A DNA stretch of 32,000 nt, taken from Rickettsiaceae bacterium (GTDB lineage: Bacteria > Pseudomonadota > Alphaproteobacteria > Rickettsiales > Rickettsiaceae). The number at the start of each line of letters is the position of its first letter. Positions within the stretch are counted from its first letter, which is position 1. Both the position numbers and the translations under genes were made by a program. This document shows, piece by piece, positions 19,144-27,225 of the stretch. The DNA lies in the NCBI GenBank assembly GCA_023301685.1, contig JALZUG010000012.1, positions 44,426 to 76,425 of the forward strand, in the 5' to 3' direction. The notes beneath the pieces were generated by a model. That model saw only the letters and a program-made list of their open reading frames with translations, did not search any database and was not told the origin of the DNA.

Positions 19144-19505
19144 GGGATCGTAGTAGTTTAATTCAACTCGGTTATTTAGACAGACAGCCTGAAGTCATTT
19201 AATTTGAATTTAGAACCAAACGCAGTGAGTAATACCTAAAAAATGGCGAATGATTAGTAATAACATTTTAAGTGCAAAATATATGACTATATTCGTTATA
19301 AGAGGATGGATATCTTTGAACATAATTCATGTTAAATCTTCTGATAAGAACTTCCTATATAATAAATTTGTATATGAAAAACTATTAATTTGAATTTATA
19401 GATATACGCAAGCAAAAAAAGTAGTTATAAATAATCGCTAAAAATAATAGATTAAGCTTTAAATAATCGATAATACAATATATATAAAGAAATAAAGGTA
19501 GAATT

Positions 19506-20555
19506 ATGAGCATAACAGTAGCAGAGTATATTTGGCTAGATGGCAGCAAACCAACTGGACAAATCCGTTCAAAAACGCGTGTAATTTCCGCTCCGGACGA
19601 AGTTTCTCTTGAAAACTTTCCTGAATGGAGTTTTGATGGTTCTTCAACACAACAGGCTCATGGAGAAGATTCAGACTGTATATTAAAACCTGTAAATTTT
19701 GTTTTAGATCCATTAGAAAATGGTGGAGATTTCCTAGTATTATGTGAGGTAATGAATCCTGATGGAAGTGTTCACGAATCCAACAAGCGTGCAATATTGC
19801 AAAAAATCATGGAAAATGGCGGAGAAACTCAAGATCCATGGATGGGATTTGAACAAGAATATACAATGTTTAAAAAAAATATTCCATTAGGATGGCCAGA
19901 ACATGGATTTCCAGGTATGCAAGGACCATATTACTGCGGTGTAGGTAGTGAACAAATTTTTGGTAGAGAATTAGCTACAAAACATAGAGATGCGTGCATA
20001 GATGCTGGAATCATGTATTACGGCATGAATGCAGAAGTTATGCCAGGACAGTGGGAATATCAAATTGGCTATAGAGGCGTACCAGATGAGGATGCTGGGG
20101 CCTTAAATATTGCTGACCATACATGGCTGGCGCGCTGGCTAATGCACAGACTCAGTGAGGAATATAATATTCATATATCTCATGAAAATAAGCCTGTAAA
20201 AGGTGACTGGAATGGTGCTGGAATGCATACTAACTTTTCGACTAATGATATTAGAGATCCGAAAGAAGGGCGCAAAGCAATTGCTGATGCCATAGAAAAT
20301 TTAGAAAAAAAGCATGCAGACCATATCGTGCACTATGGAGATAAGCTTGAAGAAAGGCTGACAGGAGATCATGAAACCTCTACAATTCATAAATTTTCAG
20401 CTGGTGATGCTAATAGGAGTAGTTCAATTAGGATTCCAAAGCCTGTTGCTCTTAAAGGCTACGGCTATCTTGAGGATAGAAGACCTGGCGCGAACGCAGA
20501 TCCATATATGGTTGCAGCGCTTTTAGTTTCAACTATTTGTGACATTAAAATATAA
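19506..20555 (+). CDS. glnII: Glutamine synthetase, type II (eukaryote-like GSII)
   Basis: 349 aa with GSII hallmarks: EYIWLDG...IRSKTR, EWSFDGSSTQQA, PWMGFEQEYT, GPYYCGVG, NAEVMPGQWEYQIG, KPVKGDWNGAGMHTNFST, RLTGDHETS....FS.G.ANRSSSIRIP, GYLEDRRPGANADPY. The length and motifs do not fit GSI (about 470 aa). Confidence 0.9.
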   Translation: MSITVAEYIWLDGSKPTGQIRSKTRVISAPDEVSLENFPEWSFDGSSTQQAHGEDSDCILKPVNFVLDPLENGGDFLVLCEVMNPDGSVHESNKRAILQKIMENGGETQDPWMGFEQEYTMFKKNIPLGWPEHGFPGMQGPYYCGVGSEQIFGRELATKHRDACIDAGIMYYGMNAEVMPGQWEYQIGYRGVPDEDAGALNIADHTWLARWLMHRLSEEYNIHISHENKPVKGDWNGAGMHTNFSTNDIRDPKEGRKAIADAIENLEKKHADHIVHYGDKLEERLTGDHETSTIHKFSAGDANRSSSIRIPKPVALKGYGYLEDRRPGANADPYMVAALLVSTICDIKI

Positions 20556-20570
20556 TATCTAATCTATATT

Positions 20571-20614
20571 ATGAGTTCATTTACTGTTTAAAAAAAGCAG
20601 ATAAATGAACTCAT
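20571..20614. terminator. Bidirectional hairpin terminator between convergent glnII and the 764-aa ORF
   Basis: ATGAGTTCATTTACTG (20571-20586) pairs with CAGATAAATGAACTCAT (20598-20614), giving a 13-bp perfect core plus 3 bp after a 1-nt bulge. The loop TTTAAAAAAAG is A/T-rich, and both flanks are T/A-rich. Confidence 0.65.
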
Positions 20615-20637
20615 GTCCATACAAACCATAAAATTAC

Positions 20638-22932
20638 TTAATAACCATCTGACCATTCCTCAGAATTATAACCCATCAAAAATTCATCAGGACATCCATC
20701 TTCTATCAATGCCGACCTAACGAACTCATAAGCTTCATAATCACTACGATATGGATCATCCATAGGAATTTCATTTATTTCTCTTTGCGCGTCTTCAAAT
20801 TTATCAATAAAGTCACTTATTCCTATATCTTGTAATATATCTCTTGGGTCATTTATCATAGCGTAAAATAATTCAGAATTTTCATTATATATTTTAATCA
20901 AAAATTCATAACCAATATCACTTCCATATTTACTAAGAAAAGCTATTGCACTATCTTGTGATATCTCGTAAAAAGCTTCACTATCTTCATCATATATACT
21001 TATTATTTGAGAAATGCTTATATCTAAATCAAAGAGTAGGTTTTTAAATCCACTTTCATTATCTCGCAATAGCTCATATAAGCTAATAAAACTAAAATCT
21101 CCGATTCCATCATCTGAATCCTCAACATATTCAACATAAATTGAGTAGACTTCGCCAAAATCATAATGCTTATCTTTTAAAAGTGAAATAATTTCATCAT
21201 CATACAAGAGCTCCTTCAGAACATCATAAGGAATATCACTTAACTCCCCTAAATCCAAAATTCCATCTTTGAGCAATAAAACAATATCAGCGTTTGCAAG
21301 AATCTGTAAAAACTCAGCATCAAAATCCTCTATATCATATTCACCTTGTGCAGTTATAAAATCAATTAATTCCTGCTGATCCGCATTTCGTAAGTTTTCA
21401 TTTTTATATATCTGTATTGCTTTTTCTTTTTCAAGATATGCGCTCTTTATGCGTGCTAAATCTTCTTTTGATACCATCTCAAATAGTTCTTTTTTTTCAG
21501 AAGTAGTGAGCCCCCTACTTTCATCAAGGTAACGAGTCAATAATCCCTTAAATCTATAATGATTACCAGATATCTCAAATGCTCTATTAATATATAAATT
21601 ATCTAACCAAACTCCTTCATGTACATGAGATTGACTCATTTGCTTAAAAGATACTAGGTCCTTTTCCGTAGGACCAAGACCAGATTCAAACTCTTTGGAA
21701 AATTTAATTTGAGTTTTTCCAGATTTCGTTTTTCTTACTCTAGGAGGAATTGCAGTTAAAAGTGGGTTATCATTAGAAATCACTACTTCTAAATTATCTA
21801 TACCTCTTGATTTAATTAGATTTTTCATTAGCGCTGCAGATTCTGCATTGCCTAATTTTAAAGTACTATCAATAAAGCTCTCAGCCAATGTATCTCTTTC
21901 ACTTGGAATCAATATACAAACGTTTGGCTCAGTTATATATATACCTAGTTTAACAAATTTTGCAGTTGCAACGCGTATCTTTTTGCATAATTTTGACCCT
22001 TCTACAAAAGGTAAATCTGCAGCTTTTTCCTGAGTAAATTCATAGCAAGTTGACATTATAGTAGGCACTACATCTGCCTTTCCATAAATTCTCAAATATG
22101 CGCTGTATATTCCATTAAATGAAACTGTATCTCCATCAACAATGCTTAAGTAAACATCACTACCTGGTGAGTCTATTCGTGCCTCTCGTACTAATTCCTT
22201 AGTTTTTTCATGATTTTTTGCTAGTTCTCTCAAGCCTTGATAAGGAACAGCAATACCACTCTCGCAATATGATCTAAAATCCTCCGCTTTAGATGTACTG
22301 TTTTCTGCATCATAACGCTTGAGTTTTTTATAAAATGTTCTTACTGTTTTGTATTCTACTACTTTGTTATTTGTGTCATACCAGTCAAATCTCCAAAAAA
22401 CACTAAATTTATTATGAATAATTGGGCTTTCTGTTTTTGCCTGCAACTCTTTGGTTAACAAATTATTCTTCCTAGTACTCAAAGATAGAGGTCTATTTAA
22501 TAGCAAACTTGCTGAAACTGTATCTTCAATTAAACTAGTGGAACCAGATTCAAAACCACTTTTATATAATTCTTTTAAAAATGGTTTGACTGTTGTGCTA
22601 TATCGCTCGGCTGGAACACCATCATACGCTTCAACATCTGCACCAACAACAAATCCAACAGGAGTAGAATATACTTCTTCTCCAAGTTTTTTCTTTGCCC
22701 TGCTAATTTTTATTGTATAAGGTCTATATGGTAATGTTGATCTATCTCTTATATTCAACTCATCAAACAAACCTCTATCAAAAGAATCATATTCTTCATC
22801 TGACGACTCCTCAGATTCTTCACCATCTGCATACACAATAGAATTTACAACAAACTTTGGTTTTTTGGATACATTTAATTCCTCAAAACCATCAACTAGC
22901 TTATCAATAATTATATCTTGTTTTTTTGCCAT
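20638..22932 (-). CDS. Hypothetical protein, 764 aa, no signal peptide; N-terminal/central globular region with hhhhDxD motif, strongly acidic repeat-containing C-terminal third; candidate secreted effector
   Basis: Long uninterrupted ORF. YLSIVDGDT (D266-G-D268, nt 22129-22137) fits the GT-A 'hydrophobic strand + DxD' pattern. The C-terminus (aa ~520-764) is rich in D/E/I/L/Y with internal repeats, such as IISIYDEDSEAFYEI versus LIKIYNENSELFYAM. I recognise no confident family. Confidence 0.75.
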   Translation of the reverse strand: MAKKQDIIIDKLVDGFEELNVSKKPKFVVNSIVYADGEESEESSDEEYDSFDRGLFDELNIRDRSTLPYRPYTIKISRAKKKLGEEVYSTPVGFVVGADVEAYDGVPAERYSTTVKPFLKELYKSGFESGSTSLIEDTVSASLLLNRPLSLSTRKNNLLTKELQAKTESPIIHNKFSVFWRFDWYDTNNKVVEYKTVRTFYKKLKRYDAENSTSKAEDFRSYCESGIAVPYQGLRELAKNHEKTKELVREARIDSPGSDVYLSIVDGDTVSFNGIYSAYLRIYGKADVVPTIMSTCYEFTQEKAADLPFVEGSKLCKKIRVATAKFVKLGIYITEPNVCILIPSERDTLAESFIDSTLKLGNAESAALMKNLIKSRGIDNLEVVISNDNPLLTAIPPRVRKTKSGKTQIKFSKEFESGLGPTEKDLVSFKQMSQSHVHEGVWLDNLYINRAFEISGNHYRFKGLLTRYLDESRGLTTSEKKELFEMVSKEDLARIKSAYLEKEKAIQIYKNENLRNADQQELIDFITAQGEYDIEDFDAEFLQILANADIVLLLKDGILDLGELSDIPYDVLKELLYDDEIISLLKDKHYDFGEVYSIYVEYVEDSDDGIGDFSFISLYELLRDNESGFKNLLFDLDISISQIISIYDEDSEAFYEISQDSAIAFLSKYGSDIGYEFLIKIYNENSELFYAMINDPRDILQDIGISDFIDKFEDAQREINEIPMDDPYRSDYEAYEFVRSALIEDGCPDEFLMGYNSEEWSDGY

Positions 22933-23109
22933 AATATTTAATTTGTATTAAAGTTAATACAAAGCAAAATAACAAAGAACATAATTAAGCTATATAGATA
23001 ATTAGACTTAGTATTAAACCGTGGGTTAAAATTACGTAGATAAAATGCTTAAAACCCGGTTAGCCTAAAATTCCTCTAAGTTTAATGTAGGAATATATCA
23101 ATCAAATGA

Positions 23110-23583
23110 TTATTTGCTCAGCTCTTTGAGCTTATCAAGCACTTCCTGTGCATGGCCTTTTACCTTAACTTTTGGCCATATATGAGCAATTTTACCAGCT
23201 TTGTCTATAAGGAAACTTGCTCTATTAATTCCCATATATTTTTTACCAAACATGGATTTTTCTATCCAAACTCCATATTTCTGGCAAAGCTCGCATTCAG
23301 TATCTGAACCAAGATGAAATTTTAGACCAAATATGCTTTTAAATTTATCATGAGATTTTAAGCTATCCTTAGAAACGCCAATCACTTCAGCTCCGTGTTT
23401 TTCAAATTCTGGAAACAATGCATTAAAATCCCTTGCTTCAACCATGCATCCAGGGGTATTATCTTTTGGATAAAAGTATAATACAACATATTTACCAGAT
23501 AGTTCTGACAGCGAGAGCTGCTTATCTTCTGCTATTGAAACTTTAAAATCTGGCGCAACATTGCCGGCTTGTAATTCACTCAT
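23110..23583 (-). CDS. bcp: Thioredoxin-dependent thiol peroxidase (Bcp/PrxQ peroxiredoxin)
   Basis: 157 aa. YVVLYFYPKDNTPGCMVEA carries the peroxidatic Cys in the T-P-G-C context. GVSKDS..SH.KF is also present. Its start codon directly abuts the slt stop. Confidence 0.9.
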   Translation of the reverse strand: MSELQAGNVAPDFKVSIAEDKQLSLSELSGKYVVLYFYPKDNTPGCMVEARDFNALFPEFEKHGAEVIGVSKDSLKSHDKFKSIFGLKFHLGSDTECELCQKYGVWIEKSMFGKKYMGINRASFLIDKAGKIAHIWPKVKVKGHAQEVLDKLKELSK

Positions 23584-25548
23584 TTATACTCCTTTCGTTT
23601 TTAATAAATCGTCAGATAATTTGAACTTATCATCCTTCTCTATAATTGACCTATATATCTGTAAGTTCTCAAGAACTCTTTGCACATAATTCCTAGTTTC
23701 ATAAAACGGAATATGCTCGAGCCAATTCAAAACTTCCCTATGATCCTTTAGCCTCCTTGGGTCACCAAATATTTTCAACCATTTGTCAACATTGTGAGGC
23801 CCACCATTGTATGAAGCTATAGCTAAGATATATGAGCCATCATAATCGTCAATCATTTGATTTATATAATTACTACCTAATTTGATATTATAGTTTGGAT
23901 CAGTTGTTAATTTTGAAATTCTACACCTAACGCCAACAAGCTTTGCTGTGTCACATGCTGTAGGCTTGATAAGCTGCATTAATCCCCTAGCCTGCGCACT
24001 ACTAATTGCATGTTGATCAAAAACTGATTCTTGACGAATGATGCTATATGTAAGCGGTGTTTCAACAGGCAGCTTAGACAATTTATAAGGCGTTGGAAAT
24101 GCTTGGCTTTTCATTAAAACATGCTTTTGCATCGCGCTTTTCGCAGCCCAAGTTGTATGGTGAACATTATTTGACTTAGCTATAGCCCCTATAACCCCAT
24201 AAACATCTGATGTATTTTTTGTCTGCTTAACAGCGGCTTTTATGTATATTTGACTCAGAGCATTTGATCCGTATTTTGATACAATTTGTGCAGCACGAGC
24301 AATTTCATTATTCTTAATATATGAATTAATGTCCTGACTATATTTTGCAATGTTTATAGCATCAGGCATTACCATTTTTCTCTGATTCAACTCAACAGCT
24401 GCCATCTGCCCATAGAATGTATATGGATATTTTGTTGCAGCCAAATAATACAGTTTCTGGGACTTCTGTGAATCCCTTTTATATTCATGCGCACGAGCTA
24501 GCCAATATATACCTCTCGACTTACTAATAGGTGTTTTAACTACTCTATTAAAACTGCGAAAATGCCCTAAAGCAAGATCTGGTTTTCGTAAGAAATTCAG
24601 TGCAAGCCAACCCGACAAATATTCAGCTTCACTCTTGCAAGATGCACTTGTAGCAAAGTGGCTACTAGAGGCTTTATAAGCATCTCTATATTTTTTCTTT
24701 TCAATAAACTCTCTGGCCAAGTAAGCTTGTACTTTCCAAAAACTATCCGCTCTGTCTTTATCAACTGAAGCTATTCTAGATAAGCTTGCAACTTCAGAAC
24801 CAGAAGGAAGATCAGATTTTCTTGACCACAAATATCTGTAAATTAAGCCTGACGTATAATATTTTTTAGGAACGCGCTTAAATAACCTTCTAGCATTTTT
24901 ATGTTTCTGTATTAAAGCTATCTGAGCATTGAAAGATTTTTTGTACCCACCATCCACATAGTTTAAGCTGTTCTTCGCAGCAGTAATCTCTTTTTCCCAT
25001 AAATGATTATCAATCTTTTTCACATGATCGGCAGACGTCAAATATTTTCTAAATCTTTTATGATAAGATTTTTGTTCTGAGTTTGTAAAATTCCCGAAAT
25101 GCCAGCCAGATTTTATAATCGATGATAATTTTTTGGGATCTTTTACTACAGAAGCAGCCGCAAGTGCATAATACTTATACCCCTTTCCAGTCACCGGTTT
25201 GTTTTTATTGAACCATTCAACAATATGCTTCTTAGCAGTCCCTGAATTAAGCAAGCTCTCGGCTCGAAGTTTTAATATATAATTTTGAGGCCAATGCGGA
25301 TTTTCTTTTAAAAATTTTGTAATCTTTTCAAAACTATTCCTTTTGTGTCTTCTATCCAAATATTGCTGCGATAAAACAATTTTTTTTAACACAGGGTCAC
25401 CAATCTTTGATGCTAAATTATAGGAACTCTGCCACTTCTTTTGTTTTATCAAACTAAACAATTTTGAAGTATCATTACCTTTCGCCTGACAATTAAAACT
25501 TGTCAAAAAAATCATTAAAATAATTGACAGATACGAAAGAATTCTCAT
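23584..25548 (-). CDS. slt: Soluble lytic murein transglycosylase (Slt70-like), periplasmic
   Basis: 654 aa with a signal peptide (MRILSYLSIILMIFLTSFNCQAKG) and a long alpha-superhelical N-terminal region. The C-terminal SLT domain shows IIRQESVFDQHAISSAQARGLMQL (catalytic Glu in E-S) and AIASYNGGPHNV. Confidence 0.88.
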   Translation of the reverse strand: MRILSYLSIILMIFLTSFNCQAKGNDTSKLFSLIKQKKWQSSYNLASKIGDPVLKKIVLSQQYLDRRHKRNSFEKITKFLKENPHWPQNYILKLRAESLLNSGTAKKHIVEWFNKNKPVTGKGYKYYALAAASVVKDPKKLSSIIKSGWHFGNFTNSEQKSYHKRFRKYLTSADHVKKIDNHLWEKEITAAKNSLNYVDGGYKKSFNAQIALIQKHKNARRLFKRVPKKYYTSGLIYRYLWSRKSDLPSGSEVASLSRIASVDKDRADSFWKVQAYLAREFIEKKKYRDAYKASSSHFATSASCKSEAEYLSGWLALNFLRKPDLALGHFRSFNRVVKTPISKSRGIYWLARAHEYKRDSQKSQKLYYLAATKYPYTFYGQMAAVELNQRKMVMPDAINIAKYSQDINSYIKNNEIARAAQIVSKYGSNALSQIYIKAAVKQTKNTSDVYGVIGAIAKSNNVHHTTWAAKSAMQKHVLMKSQAFPTPYKLSKLPVETPLTYSIIRQESVFDQHAISSAQARGLMQLIKPTACDTAKLVGVRCRISKLTTDPNYNIKLGSNYINQMIDDYDGSYILAIASYNGGPHNVDKWLKIFGDPRRLKDHREVLNWLEHIPFYETRNYVQRVLENLQIYRSIIEKDDKFKLSDDLLKTKGV

Positions 25549-25586
25549 AATCGAAATTTTTATACATTTACTAAAGATTATTATTT

Positions 25587-26522
25587 ATGAATAGAGCATT
25601 TATATTCCCCGGTCAAGGATCACAAAAAATTGGAATGGCTAAAGATTTTTACAACTCATTTGACGTTGCAAAAGATGTATTTGAATGCGTAAATGACACA
25701 CTTGGCTATGATTTAAGTAAAATTATCTTTGATGGTCCAGATGATGAACTCGCTTCAACAACCAATACTCAGCCTGCTCTTATGGCGACCTCTATTTCAA
25801 TTTTTAGGGTGCTTGCTCAAGAAACTGGTAAAAACATTGAGGAACTATGCGACATAGTTGCAGGTCACTCACTTGGCGAATATAGCGCACTTTGTGCATC
25901 TGGCTCTATAACTTTAGAAGAAACTGCAAAGCTTTTAAAAGTTAGAGCAACATCAATGCAAGAAGCTTCACCTAAGGGTGAAGGAGCAATGGCTGCGTGT
26001 ATTGGTATATCCTTTAAACACCTAAATGATGTACTTGATTCACTTATAACTGACGGTGTTTGTCAAATTGCAAATGATAATGTAGATGGACAAATTGTAA
26101 TTAGTGGTCACGAATATAATGTTGATCGCATTGTAGCAGCACTTAAGGATACTGGATATAAAGCCATTAAGCTAAAAGTTAGCGCTCCATTTCATTCAAA
26201 ATTGATTGAAAGTGCTCAAAAACCTATGCAAAATGCTTTAGATTCTACTGAAATTAATATTTCTAAAGTCCCATTGCTTGCAAATGTCACTGCTGACCTT
26301 GTTTCTGACCCGGCTACAATAAAGAAAAACCTTGTTACTCAGATAAGTGGTACGGTTCGCTGGAGAGAAACAATGGATAAATTTGCTGAGCTTGGAATTA
26401 CTGAATTAGTTGAAATTGGCTCGGGAAAGGTTCTTGCAGGCCTTGCAAAAAAATCTCCTCACAACTTTAAGTTAACAAATATTTCAAATATTGAAGAGCT
26501 CAAACAATATCTGAATTCATAA
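25587..26522 (+). CDS. fabD: Malonyl CoA-acyl carrier protein transacylase
   Basis: 311 aa with FIFPGQGSQKIGM, TTNTQPALMATS, GHSLGEYSAL (active-site Ser) and VSAPFHS. Confidence 0.93.
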   Translation: MNRAFIFPGQGSQKIGMAKDFYNSFDVAKDVFECVNDTLGYDLSKIIFDGPDDELASTTNTQPALMATSISIFRVLAQETGKNIEELCDIVAGHSLGEYSALCASGSITLEETAKLLKVRATSMQEASPKGEGAMAACIGISFKHLNDVLDSLITDGVCQIANDNVDGQIVISGHEYNVDRIVAALKDTGYKAIKLKVSAPFHSKLIESAQKPMQNALDSTEINISKVPLLANVTADLVSDPATIKKNLVTQISGTVRWRETMDKFAELGITELVEIGSGKVLAGLAKKSPHNFKLTNISNIEELKQYLNS

Positions 26523-26620
26523 ATATAGCTATATCTTGTTGTTTTTCTATGTAAAAATTAATATCCAGTAATTTTTTGTTTTTTTACTAGACAGTTGAAT
26601 TTTGTGATGATAGTATCAAC

Positions 26621-26795
26621 CTTAAGTATAGGGGTGGTTACCTATACTTTAACTTAAGATTGAGATCTAATTCTTCCCATTTAGGTTTTCAGTCTCTGCG
26701 TTTTAGTTAAGACATGGGAAGAACAGAAGAGAGGCGGTTGAATTACATTTACCTTTCCCAGATTAATTACAACAACTTCATGCCGCTTCTCTTCT
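26621..26795 (+). other. Highly structured intergenic segment (three consecutive strong hairpins); candidate sRNA, 3'UTR element or another palindromic-repeat family
   Basis: Hairpin 1: AAGTATAGG 26624-26632 pairs with CCTATACTT 26641-26649 (9 bp perfect). Hairpin 2: TTCTTCCCAT 26671-26680 pairs with ATGGGAAGAA 26714-26723 (10 bp perfect). Hairpin 3: AGAAGAGAGGCGG 26725-26737 pairs with CCGCTTCTCTTCT 26783-26795 (13 bp). The one non-Watson-Crick position in hairpin 3 is G.U on the plus strand and C.A on the minus strand, which weakly favours a plus-strand RNA. Confidence 0.35.
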
Positions 26796-26823
26796 ATCTT
26801 ACGCTTTTACCTCGAGGTATATT

Positions 26824-27147
26824 CTATAGCTCTAAATCGCCAAAAATCATTTCATCCTCAATTGTTGAATTAACAACATTACCTTCGCCGACCAAATCTA
26901 TATTATCATTTGATTTGATAGATTTTTTCTCTTTTAAATCCTGTTGTATAAACTTATTGTAGTTTTTTGGATTATAACTTCCTACAATAAATTCAACCTC
27001 TTCTTTCTTCTCATCATCTTTAAACAAATTTTTGTTAGCACTTCCATATTTTGTTTTGCCAAACTGGATTAAAATTGGCAGAGAGCCAGCTAATTTCTTT
27101 TTTGAAACATCATCATTTTTCTTAGCTTTTGACACCCCTTCCCCCAA
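26824..27147 (-). CDS. Hypothetical small Lys/Glu/Asn-rich protein (107 aa)
   Basis: ORF on the same strand as tkt, 78 nt downstream of it. It has a TTG start, with an in-frame GTG 4 codons in. The composition is low-complexity and I recognise no motif. It overlaps an alternative plus-strand 82-aa ORF, so coding status is uncertain. Confidence 0.35.
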   Translation of the reverse strand: MGEGVSKAKKNDDVSKKKLAGSLPILIQFGKTKYGSANKNLFKDDEKKEEVEFIVGSYNPKNYNKFIQQDLKEKKSIKSNDNIDLVGEGNVVNSTIEDEMIFGDLEL

Positions 27148-27225
27148 AGTTAATTGTTTAAGCTACTACTAGAAATATTAGTATTTATGTAAAAAATCAA
27201 CTCAATATTAAAAAACAAAAGAACT

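Noticed and set aside
19504-19794. 96-aa minus-strand ORF overlapping the 5' end of glnII
   Set aside because: It is entirely antisense to a gene with unmistakable GSII motifs, has no recognisable features and has odd His/Leu/Gln-rich composition.
22990-23070. Imperfect inverted repeat AACCGTGGGTT...AACCCGGTT downstream of bcp, considered as a terminator
   Set aside because: The stem is bulged with a ~30-nt loop and has no adjacent U-tract on the minus strand. It is not convincing.
26560-26823. tRNA, tmRNA, RNase P RNA or SRP (4.5S) RNA in the fabD-downstream gap
   Set aside because: No T-loop GGTTCRANYC with a matching acceptor stem, no GAGGAAAGTCC (RNase P CR-I), no GGAAGCAGCC-type SRP domain IV and no tmRNA ends were visible on either strand. 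It is kept only as an unclassified structured element.
26714-26962. 82-aa plus-strand ORF (MGRTEERRLNYIYLSQ...)
   Set aside because: Its ATG lies inside the right arm of hairpin 2 and the ORF runs through hairpin 3. The translation is Leu/Ser/Phe/Ile-rich and typical of non-coding AT-rich sequence. It also overlaps the marginally more plausible minus-strand 107-aa ORF.
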